From Phoronis australis (lineage: Eukaryota; Animalia; Phoronida), in assembly GCA_002633005.1 (NCBI GenBank), contig NMRA01000403.1, positions 334,309-398,308 of the forward strand: a stretch of DNA of 64,000 nucleotides. The letters are read 5' to 3'. The notes under the pieces are model-generated. The model ran no database searches. It worked only from the letters and a program-made list of their open reading frames with translations, and had not been told where the DNA came from. Both the position numbers and the translations under genes were made by a program. This document shows positions 52,246 to 63,213 of this stretch, piece after piece (within the stretch, counting starts at the first letter, position 1; every line of letters starts with the position of its first letter).

Positions 52246-52972
52246 NNNNNNNNNNNNNNNNNNNNNNNNNNNNNNNNNNNNNNNNNNNNNNNNNNNNNNN
52301 NNNNNNNNNNNNNNNNNNNNNNNNNNNNNNNNNNNNNNNNNNNNNNNNNNNNNNNNNNNNNNNNNNNNNNNNNNNNNNNNNNNNNNNNNNNNNNNNNNNN
52401 NNNNNNNNNNNNNNNNNNNNNNNNNNNNNNNNNNNNNNNNNNNNNNNNNNNNNNNNNNNNNNNNNNNNNNNNNNNNNNNNNNNNNNNNNNNNNNNNNNNN
52501 NNNNNNNNNNNNNNNNNNNNNNNNNNNNNNNNNNNNNNNNNNNNNNNNNNNNNNNNNNNNNNNNNNNNNNNNNNNNNNNNNNNNNNNNNNNNNNNNNNNN
52601 NNNNNNNNNNNNNNNNNNNNNNNNNNNNNNNNNNNNNNNNNNNNNNNNNNNNNNNNNNNNNNNNNNNNNNNNNNNNNNNNNNNNNNNNNNNNNNNNNNNN
52701 NNNNNNNNNNNNNNNNNNNNNNNNNNNNNNNNNNNNNNNNNNNNNNNNNNNNNNNNNNNNNNNNNNNNNNNNNNNNNNNNNNNNNNNNNNNNNNNNNNNN
52801 NNNNNNNNNNNNNNNNNNNNNNNNNNNNNNNNNNNNNNNNNNNNNNNNNNNNNNNNNNNNNNNNNNNNNNNNNNNNNNNNNNNNNNNNNNNNNNNNNNNN
52901 NNNNNNNNNNNNNNNNNNNNNNNNNNNNNNNNNNNNNNNNNNNNNNNNNNNNNNNNNNNNNNNNNNNNNNNN
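52246..52972. other. Assembly gap (727 N)
   Basis: Run of N. Confidence 1.
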
Positions 52973-53084
52973 ATTCGTTTTATCATCCACATTACCTGTA
53001 CGGGGGTTTGAGAACAACGAGATTTTTTAATAACGTATTTAATCCGCAAATCTTCTCTACGAACAGTGAGTGAGTCGTATACTG

Positions 53085-53234
53085 CAGTGGCGGATTCGGG
53101 GGTCAAGGGAGCCATGGCCCCCCTTAAAATTTTCCCAGATTCCATTTGGCAGTTCGGGGGCGCGAATGTCTGACGGACTTATCCTCTGCCCTGCCCCCCC
53201 TCCCCCCTAACTCACAGTCCTGTATCCGCCCCTG
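53085..53234. mobile_element. MITE, same family as 5394-5551
   Basis: cagtggcggattc...gtatccgcccctg TIRs; shares the internal sequence cccagattccatttggcagt.cggggg.gcgaatg.ctgacgg. Confidence 0.7.
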
Positions 53235-53616
53235 TGGAACACGTGAGCAGGTACTTATTGAGGTTTCTTCGCGCAAAACAAGGTTACAGCTGTTTCAATA
53301 GTTAATGCATCGATGATCTACATGTACCACACATCCATATTATAGGATTATTGGGCGACCGCAATCCCGACAAGTCGTGGAGGAGGCAACTGAGTGGTGA
53401 CGTCATCGAAAGATGGGATTGAATTGTTCTACTCTAATTTCACCTGTCTTCCTGATCGCTGGACTCGGGTCTTCGGAAATAAGAGCATTTCGATACTTCG
53501 CGCTATCAACTTTAAATCAGAGGATCTATTAATTTATGATAATATGAGACAAACCTACATACACTGCCGAATCTTTCGAAAGTTGTAACAAGTCACAGTT
53601 GGCAGACCAGGGTAGA

Positions 53617-53710
53617 GTTCAGTAACACTAGGACCTTGCTACTAAAAGTAAGAGTTCGCGAGATTACGCGAGATACTGCAGTGTATTTTAAACGAGAACA
53701 CCTGATTTGG
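53617..53710 (+). repeat. Short dispersed repeat of about 95 bp, second copy at 62561-62652
   Basis: gttcagtaac.ctaggacct.gcta...aaaag.aaga.ttcg.ga.attacg.gagat...gtgtattttaaa.gagaacac.tga in both copies. Confidence 0.7.
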
Positions 53711-54054
53711 AAGGATTATTTCTATCCCCAAGACAAACTACTGAACTCTACCCAGACTTGAATAGTGTGACGTCACACTTACGAAATTCAGTAAGTCAAG
53801 ACGATCTGGTTGTGTCACACGCGCTGAGGAACAGGAAGAGAGAAAAGTTTGTGTTATGAAATACAGAATGTGTACTTGAGGCACCTGAAACCTGAAGTCC
53901 CAACCCTTGAAAGGCTATGGAATTTCCGTAACGCTAGAGTGTGTATGGGACTCCGATAGTTGTTAGCTCAACATAGGTGTATCCCACACCTACGTGTACA
54001 ACCAGACTCTTCAATCTCTTTATATAACTTACAAACTGTCTTTTTAGATTCCAA

Positions 54055-55269
54055 ATGGCTCATAAGCGTGGTACTACTATTGTTAACAATACCAAGAGGG
54101 AGTCCAACCCGAGGACACAAAATAAAGGAGAAAATAAATTGATGTTAAAACCCAAGACGTCCCTTGTCCACTTGTATAGCAGTAAAAGAAGCTCTTTTGC
54201 CGCGAAGAAAAACACAAACACCATGTCTTCAGGTCAACTAGAGAATGCACGAAAACAGCTGACAACTAGAAACATAGGTGCAAACGCATCTAGGGTATTC
54301 CGTTCTAAAGGTTATGTCAAGACATTTCACCTTAAAAATAAAACGCGCGATGAGAATGCCAAGAAAACAAGCCAACTTCCCGACGGTGACCAAGCAATAG
54401 AAGACAAATTTTTCATGCTTATTAAACAGCGAGTTCGCAGTCCTGCAACGTTGTCACCAGCACCAAAACTACAATCACAAGACGTCGAGATAAGCTCAGA
54501 AGAACAGCCTTGTGCATTTATACTCGAGAACGTAGTTCCAGATTACAGCAAATATAAATATGCGTACTACCACAGGAAACCATTCCTTCTTGGTGACGGG
54601 GCATTTGCTCGTGTGTTCCTTGTGCAAAAGGACGGCAAAGATTATTCATTGAAAGCCTATCGACGAGGTAACAGCAGTTTGTTTGACGTCAGTGGAGAAG
54701 CCGTACAGCTGATGAAGGCTAATGCGCACAAATGTGGACCAAAATTCCGCGGCTTCTTTCCCATATCGCGAGAAGATGTTGTCTATGAGCCTTGGGCGCT
54801 ACTTACAGACGTAATCTATGGGCAGACGTTGCTTGAATTCGCTGGTGAAAACTGCAAGGCTCTGCCAGCCAATGACAACAAGGTCTCTGATCACGTGTGG
54901 ATTGAACTATTTCTTGATGTGGTTCAGCAGATTGCTCGACTGAACAAAGCGGGAATAGTTCTCTATGACGTCAGTGGTTCTAATGTCATGGTCAGCTTGG
55001 AGTCCAGCGGTAATCTTAAAGCACATCTTATCGATTTTGGGAATTCGGGCACTTTTCTTCATTTCTGTGACATCAATGCCGCACCAGAAGATGTCCAATG
55101 TGTGCGTAAACTGATGCAACACTTTAACTTCTTAACCAAACACGATTTTTTTGAAAAATCAATAAAGTTCATGAGGAGAAGAACTGTGACTTGGGATAGT
55201 GTTATAGAGGCATTAACAGAAGAATGCTTCAATCGAAAGGTTGCAGAACAAATGCACAAGCTCGGATGA
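54055..55269 (+). CDS. Single-coding-exon protein kinase-like (PKL fold) protein, 404 aa, atypical catalytic loop
   Basis: Uninterrupted 404-codon ORF with good Kozak context (caaATGG). Gly loop LGDGAFARV, beta3 Lys YSLK, alphaC Glu (SGEAVQL), catalytic loop GIVLYDVSGSNVMV, LIDFG, short C-lobe with no evident APE. The N-terminal ~150 aa is basic and looks disordered. Confidence 0.8.
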   Translation: MAHKRGTTIVNNTKRESNPRTQNKGENKLMLKPKTSLVHLYSSKRSSFAAKKNTNTMSSGQLENARKQLTTRNIGANASRVFRSKGYVKTFHLKNKTRDENAKKTSQLPDGDQAIEDKFFMLIKQRVRSPATLSPAPKLQSQDVEISSEEQPCAFILENVVPDYSKYKYAYYHRKPFLLGDGAFARVFLVQKDGKDYSLKAYRRGNSSLFDVSGEAVQLMKANAHKCGPKFRGFFPISREDVVYEPWALLTDVIYGQTLLEFAGENCKALPANDNKVSDHVWIELFLDVVQQIARLNKAGIVLYDVSGSNVMVSLESSGNLKAHLIDFGNSGTFLHFCDINAAPEDVQCVRKLMQHFNFLTKHDFFEKSIKFMRRRTVTWDSVIEALTEECFNRKVAEQMHKLG

Positions 55270-58200
55270 AGAACTGCAGTGCACGACGATTATGGGTCGG
55301 AGACATTCAGCGACCATATCGATGATAGCAAGAATTATTACTGATATGGACATGTGTCCAATTGTACACGTCCTTCGCACGATGACGTAATGTGGGGCCC
55401 ATACTGTTCTCTGTCAACGACATTAGTAGTTCCATGTTCTTAACTGTACCACTCGCGTTATATATGTTCCCATAAAACTGAACGTGTATTCGAAATTTTA
55501 CATAAGCGTGGACATTAAATGCACTGGCCTAACAATGCGACTTGCCCGGCACTTAGGCCTACGTGTAATCAAACACATTAACTAGCCACGTCTGTTTGCG
55601 GGTCTTCCTCTTCGATGTACATGTATCGTACATGCGTACATGTTCTTTCCAAACCCTGCACTGAGTCCATTGCAAATCGTCAGGGGAACGTTTAATAAAT
55701 CCATAAACTAGCTACCCAGACACCTCCCATTTTTTCCGGGGCCTTGCATAAAACGGTCACAAATAGGGACTCAATAAGTTTCCCTGAATCTATTGCGTAT
55801 TTCTTTCGTTCCTTAGACATAGATGTTACCCTTTTCTATCACTTTATTCTTTATTGTGAACTTTGACTAATGACATTTTCCAATAATATAACTAAAATCT
55901 TACCACTTAACTGAGTCATAATAATTAGGAATTTAGTCGTTGCGTAAGGGGTGGTGCACGAAAACATTCCTATTTCATTCCCATTGAGAATTCAACGTAG
56001 AGTTTACTCTCGATTTGCATCAAAGCCAAAAATAGACTTAGTAATGAGACTCAAACAGCATATAAAAGGACAATCAGTGTTTTCGCAAACCCTTAGATAA
56101 ACAGTAGTTAAAGGGAACTTAGATGAGTTGGGACTGTTTCAAGCAACTGGCACAGAATACTTAACGTCAAGCTTTGCCTCTTTGTAATACTGCACATTGC
56201 CAACAATCAAATACAATAGTTCAAATGCCAGGGGGTTGTTTCTTCGTTTGTGTTTAAGTATTGAGGAAAACATCGAAAATAAAGTTTGATTTCCAGTAAA
56301 AAGATTAGACCCAGAACCAATGCTATATTTTTTTTTGTCTTTTGAAGTTTAAAAATTGAAACTGAAGTAAAATGGTTTTGCGGGGCGAATCCCACTCGCA
56401 GAAACAATTGTTCAACTTCATTTGTTCCCGAAGACACCCACTTAAGTCGATGTTTCATGGTCTTCTACTTGACTTGGCTTCTTAGTCCGTTATGTCTTCG
56501 AAGAGTTTAGTGACCTTATTCGCTCCACGATATGGGGTTGCTTTCTAGCAACGAAGAAACACAAAAAGTGGACAACACTTCAAAGATTTATTAATATACT
56601 CAGGTCATTAGGAATAGGGCAGGAAGGACAGGTTGCCCCAAGAACGCTACACCCCACAATGCATGCACGCACCCTGCCTCAAGTATAGGGGGCTCGAATT
56701 TTTGAGGATGTGCACCTTTTACTTAAAAAACGAGGTGCGTTCAAAGCTACGAACTGTGCTTTCTCCGGATTTTCTCTCGTTTTCTCTCGGACTTTTTGTT
56801 TTTCTAAGGCGGAGCTTTATGCCCACTTCGCCCCCAGGGTGCGTGCATGCAATGTAATATTGGGACGGTACATGGGTTGCTTCTGTATATTTCAAGAGAC
56901 AAATGTTATGTAGTCCATTCCAATCTGCAACTGTCTGACTTGATGAAAACCATCATTTGTTATAGTCTGTCCTGTTATGCTCTTCCGGTACTTACAGTGA
57001 ATCAATGCCTGGATATGCTGCATGTAGGACATAGTAGGTAGAATTTATGACCATTGACTTTTGTCATATACATTTTGTGGCGGGGTGTTGTCAATATAAA
57101 TGTACTAGTAATAGAATTATGTACCCGTAAAAGTCGGATCCAACTGAATCGAGGGATTAAATTAGAGTTGGTTGAAATCTGACTTTTTGCTGAAGTAGAG
57201 TACCAGTACAGTATCTTTGTACCAGCTAAACATGTCTCATTTACGTCACGGTGTGTTTTAATTGCGTGATGGTGATTTTTTGCAATAAATCAAAACTTCA
57301 TTGTTTGAACTGGTAACCTTATCTCAGTGTGATGTTTTTAAAAGTGTGAACATTTTTGTTGTCCTTCTTCCTTCTGGATGACCAATCAGATCAAGGTGTG
57401 TGCGATTCCTAACATCATGGTCGGATCCAAAGGGTACTGACATTGATTTGTATAAAAACTAATATTGCAAACGGATTTTTAAAACTCTAGATCCGCCTAT
57501 ATATATGTATTGCAGTCGTAGTGTTGAGACAATGTAGTTTTAAATTGTACAAACTACTAGTTCACCATGTTAAGATGAATTAGGTACTAGAACAAGTAAT
57601 ACCTGGTAGTTTAAAAACGTAGCGTATTACAGAAGTAACATTTTCTAGAGACAGCTCAGCACCCCCCACTTGCGTTTTATTTTTGAAAAATACGCCTGCA
57701 TATCGATGCAATTATTATTCCTTGGTATAGCCTGAAGTAGACAATTCCCATCACCCTTTTGGAAATTGGATCCATGCAAATGCATACTTCAACCCCCGGC
57801 TTCGGACAGCCCAAGCAGTCGTGTTCCAAATTTCAGTTAAACTAGTCGAGGTCGAGGAAACATCATCAAATTTAGCTGAGTGAGCCCTTTGGAACTATTC
57901 ATACTGTAGACCTTCGGGATGAACCAACGCTGACAAAAATAAGCCCAGACTAAAAACTTTGGGAATGCAGTGATTTAAAACTGCGCGCCAGGTAGCGGCC
58001 ACCTTGGCAGCTGATCGTCTTGTCGGTTTATGAACAACTGAAAAATAGGTTCTATACAATTATAACGACAAAAAGTATGACTGTGTATTCCCACTTAGTT
58101 TAATTAAAGGAAATATTTTCCACACTTTATAAAATGCCTACATTTCAGTGATTGTCTTTTCGACTGAGCCGGCAAAAGCTCCAAGGCCCTAGCAGCACTC

Positions 58201-58487
58201 CATGAGAATTTCAGCCAAAACATTTGAGATTTTGTGCGTGCAATGGCTTACATGTATATGGCCGTTTAAGCAATGCGTGGGTCACGTGTTTACACTGCTT
58301 TATGTTACCAATATTTTAATACCTCGTTAGTATGTAAAATTTCGAATTTTATTGTGAAAATTTCCCGGCTTCCATAAGGCCACCGTGCTCCTGTTTACGT
58401 ATCGTTCATCACCAATATGGCGGACCGCGTGTCACGCACTGTCTGGCTTGCGAGCAGTGTCGTGTCGTCTCTCTATATATCTCATTG

Positions 58488-59103
58488 GCGACACCAGTAA
58501 AACGCAACGCTACAATTATCTATGGTACGGTCTTGAAACCGGGAGAATTGCTTATTGTAAACTCTTGGATTAGAGCCCACATTCATACGATTGAAAGAAC
58601 AGAGAAAATATTAAAATACAACGATTCCGAAAAGAGAAGAAAATGTATTGCTTATTGGAAAGTAAATGTGGCGTTCCAGATTCTAGCCTCTGGTGTTCTT
58701 TAGTCACGTTTTACGCTGTCCCCCACCTGGGGAAGCAATCGGCATATTTCTTGAAAATGATTTGGTTTAATCGATCAGGGGAGAGGCCCCGACAAAAGTA
58801 CATGTATACTCGCCATAATGAAAACGACAATGCTGTATGTTATTCGGCAACGGCTTGTGTCAGCACTTGCCCTCACTCTTCTGGGGTGAATGTCACTGCG
58901 CTGTTGCCATCACTGAGTCACCTCCGTTATTGGCCTCGTCAAGCTAGACCCACGGAAGCAATTAACAAGGTGTTTACGGACAAAAACGCATTTTGGGATT
59001 ATTCATTAGATGGGATGATCTCCTTGAAAATATAAGCTTTCACTGATTGAACAAGAAAATACGGCATTCACTGCAGCTCATTTGGCACCAATTCACAGCT
59101 GTT
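58488..59103 (+). repeat. Second copy of the 46651-47255 repeat
   Basis: Same colinear blocks in direct orientation. Confidence 0.7.
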
Positions 59104-60214
59104 ATCAAGTGCCACTAGACATTTGTTGAAGTCAAGACTCCACCAGTTAAAAACATGTAGATACAGGGTTAAAACTTACTCGAAGAGGCACTGTGGCCCG
59201 TCAGCGGACCGTGTCGCAGCCGGTGACGGAAATGGAGGGTTGGAAGGTTTCATAGTGAGACCGGCGCACTGACTCGGATCTGGAAGTCAGTTGTTCTATT
59301 CAGTGTCTTCGATAACCATGTCCCTTTAATGGGCACGTCAGTTTAGACAGTATCTGTGTAGAAGAAGATTCTAAGACGACATTTTGTCGCACAGTTTCAG
59401 TTGCCCAGCATCATAGCAACGACCCGGGCTGTGTTTTCGTGACTACGGGTTGAAACATGACGTATTTCTTTCCGAAAAGACTAGGCCATCAATCTGTCGA
59501 TTTTGGGACAAAACATTGGCCCTATTCCCGTCTCAAAAATATTGAAAGATCACGCGAAATTCCCCTCACGAGGCCTAAAAACTCCCCTGAAGTGATTGAA
59601 AATTTCCCCTCGAAGTTCAAATCACTTGTAACCCGCACAGGTAACAATTTGAAAGGGCACAAAATGCTTCTTGAGACATAGCCTATGAGAGCTGGCTACA
59701 GAGCGGGGGTGTTATTGGTGGTGATCGGTAGGTAGAATTTCTCCCTCACTCGGCGAAAAACTCCCCTCTCAGAAGGCACAGGCAGTTTCCCCTTGGATGA
59801 ACGAGTTTTTTAATTAATATATTTGTGTACAATAATTGTATATACATTTATTTGTATGTATTTACCCCAAATACAACATACATATCAGAATGTTTAGTTG
59901 TACCCAAGTTATCCCAACTTATCTCAACTTATCCTGTCATCACCACTGATGCATACCTGTTGCTGACATCATGTTTGTTATCAAACTGCCCCTGCAGGTG
60001 GCGCAGCGATTAGTGGGAATATTTGAATTAGATGAAATGCGTGATTGGTGTCTCTATCGCCAGGATTATGACGGACGGCTTAATTGACCAATCAGAACGC
60101 AGAATTCTTGGCACACCTTCGTCTGCGTTTCCAAGCCGCCATTTTACCCGACAAACAACACGTAGCCGAGTAAAACTTACTTTAGTCTATAGCTCTAGAA
60201 ATTGTCCGCTAAGA

Positions 60215-60423
60215 ATGGGGAAACGGTGTTGATATGGCGTGTGTAGCACCGACAGCCGTTATGCTGCTCCAGAATAATGATTTTTTGGCATGTCCTAAGC
60301 CGAAAAATGATGTTGAAAAGCGTAAACTATGGATCAAACTGTACGGCCACACGAGCAGCTGAACTAAGCGATGTTGCTTGATAACTCGAAGGCTATAACA
60401 AACACAAATATATTAGTTCCAAG
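60215..60423 (+). pseudogene. Decayed THAP zinc-finger domain, probably a transposon relic
   Basis: Across stops and frameshifts reads MGKRC*YGVCSTDSRY...CPKPKNDVEKRKLWIKLYG/PHEQLN...YNKHKYISSK, matching the THAP pattern M-x3-C-x4-C...FP...W...C-x2-HF. Confidence 0.6.
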
Positions 60424-63109
60424 ATACGCACTTTTCAGCTTGGTGGCTATGGTGCAGATTTTGACTCCCGAGTTTCCTACGTCTGGCCGCCTTTGTCTCG
60501 GCACCTGGTGGATCTCAGCACTCTAGCGATAGTCCCCGGAAATTGTTGTTTTCAAGGACATTTTTATTTTATTTTTTATTTATTTCAACCTAATGAACAT
60601 TATTTTGTTTAATATCAGAGGTACATTTTTGTTATTCATAAACCGTAGCCTGGCGTTCAACTGAACTTCTCTCCCGGTCAAAATTCAGAGATTCGATCGG
60701 CACAGGGAAGGGCACTGGATTACTGCCGGAACTCAAAGCCTTGGTCGAGCTGTTGTCACTAAAAATAAACTGTTGAATTACTTTATGACGTGTACCTCTA
60801 GTATACACTATGTCTGTAGAGTTAGAGAGAGCTCATTTTGAAGTTGTTCAAAAATGATATTTAGATTTATGAAGCTTTAAAAAAGAATTTGAGTTATTTT
60901 TGTAAATACCCTATTTTTGCAACTACTACCTGTACTGTACAGTACGCCTCGCTGATCATGACGGGTTTCAGCTTGCATCAAGTCGCTTTTATTTTTGAAA
61001 GTATATGCAACTAAAAATATGTTGGTTATCGCATCAATTATCAAAAATTAAAAAACACTGAGGAGAACAAACATGCTATCTTCGTTGTCCTGACCGACTT
61101 TATTTCTGCTACTTGCCAAATGTTTTTAATCAAGAAATTTGTGTTAACGCAAATAGAAATAGGTTACTGTGTAAAATTATTCAGTTTTTGCTCACTACTT
61201 AGTGTTGGGCACATTTGAGATTCAGTGTAGACACTACGTGCTTAGCAGGTAGTTTGGAGACTATTATGCATAATTGATGATATTCAATGCATTTTGATTT
61301 ATAAAACGTTTACCCAAGCGCACATGCAATATAAGTAAGATAGTTGACGCACGACGCCCGTGAAAGGAAATGGCGACTAGTAACATAGAACACCCTCTGT
61401 TGGAGAGTTGAACACCAGAGTCGCAGAAAAGTTTGGAGTTTTTGGACCTGGGGGACAAAGTGAAAGAATATGGCTTACCCTTGGGGTTAACAACTTTACA
61501 GTTTTATGAAATCTGTGTATTTTGCTAAACGATAACTATAAATATATGGAATTCACAGTATCTCAGGGTAAGTATATTTTTTTGAAATTATAAAGAAAAG
61601 GTGGGATATTGGACGTGGTCAACAATGTCTTTGTAGTAAAAGTAAGAAAAAATAGCCGAAATAAAACAACAAAATCCGTCGTAATCTTGTGATTTTGCTA
61701 CAAATCGCCAATTGAGATCCGTTGTATGCCTGAAGTTCGTTGAAATCAAAGCCGGCGATGACTTTTATAATCAAGAATCCTTGTTTGTTTATCGCAGAGG
61801 ACGGCTAAGTAGCACTATCAACACCGTACTCGAGGCGGACTTTGTGACAACGCGAGTGAATGGGCATGCAATAAATAATCACCGGTATTCTTAATGCGCT
61901 CCCAATTGAAGCATAGCAGGTTCTCAGGAAAAAAATGAGTTTGTGACAATCGTGAATTTGTGGGTATGGCATAACTCCAACTTTTTGCCAATCTAGTGGC
62001 GATCATTCACAAAAATAATGGTTTTGAGTAACCTTTCTCTCGCGTCCGCTTACGTGGAGAACGCACGTGAAATGGTTTCTTTAAACTAAGTATTTACATA
62101 TTCAAAATGATGGGCGAAGCGTGAACTCGAAAACGCCGGCACTTTACAATGCATTCCAAAATTTGTTGAGCACTGGAGTTTCGCAGGAAGGAGTAAAAGT
62201 TGGTGGTAATCCTGAATATGTTAGTAATGACATAATTCCAAATTCTTAACCGTCTACTGAAGATCTTATTTTTAAAAAATAATGGTTTTAAGTTTTCGTG
62301 CACGTACATAGGAAATGCACGCGAAATAGTTTGTTTAAGGCCCGACTTCGGATATACATGTAGGCTCACATTGGTTTTGTCCTTGTTGGACACCATTTTT
62401 CAGTCATTAAGAAATCTCAGATATAAACAGTTATAAGTTAGTGTAATTCAATGTACTCCAGTCATAAAACGCTGCTTGTCATCAACATAAGTTACAATTT
62501 TATTTTCAATAAAATGTTGTTCATGAAAAGCAGGTCAAGTTTGAAAGAAAACGGCCCCCCGTTCAGTAACGCTAGGACCTCGCTAAAAAGCAAGACTTCG
62601 TGAAATTACGTGAGATGTGGCCGTGTATTTTAAATGAGAACACGTGACTTTGGCTAGATTTTAGCTGGGTCCTAGCGTAGGTCCTAGCGTTATTGAACAC
62701 ACTCCGAGTGAGTCTACATGTATGCGAAATGGGCCATTACCTGGTCTTACACATATGAACATGTTAAACATAGGTGCATGAGACAACATGCAAACCACTT
62801 GGGTAAAGAGAGGCCGCAAAGGTATCGTTTCGGATATAGGACCAATGATCGAAAGGCGCGGCAACACGGTATGATTGTGCACAATTTCTAGGCTTTAAAT
62901 GCCATTTTACATGTATATTCATGGATTTTGTTTATTTTTGTCATTTGACACTTAATTGCAACTCAGTTTAAAGATGATGATCGGCTTTCCGATACGACTT
63001 CTTGACATATTGAAGAACTTTATAGCACAATATTAGCCTCGAATGGCAGATACAACCGTGTAATAACCCATAAAGTAATTTCACTATTGAGATAACATTT
63101 TGGCGGGAA

Positions 63110-63182
63110 ACCGAGGACGGTTTCGAACCCGGGCTAAAGATAAGAGTTTCGAGTCGCCGACTTTACCACTTCACCACTCAGC
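63110..63182 (-). mobile_element. tRNA-derived sequence (SINE head or pseudo-tRNA) with Pol III A and B boxes
   Basis: Minus strand GCTGAG-TGGTGAAGTGG(A box)...GACTCGAAA...GGTTCGAAACC(B box)...CTCGGT. The ends pair, but the anticodon and T arms are broken. Confidence 0.55.
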
Positions 63183-63213
63183 GGCTGACGTCATCGACCA
63201 TGAAAATAGAATA

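Noticed and set aside
52141-53145. ORFs of 260-334 aa in the ORF track
   Set aside because: Artefacts of translation through an N gap.
57330-57930. Minus-strand exon-like segments (e.g. HDCLGCPKPGVEVCICMDP...)
   Set aside because: Interrupted by stops, no family recognised, and no consistent gene model.
61370-61567. Possible decayed first exon (aaATGGCG... ending at a gtaagt donor)
   Set aside because: Two in-frame stops and no recognisable homology.
63110-63182. Functional tRNA gene
   Set aside because: The anticodon and T stems do not pair properly; treated as a tRNA-derived repeat.
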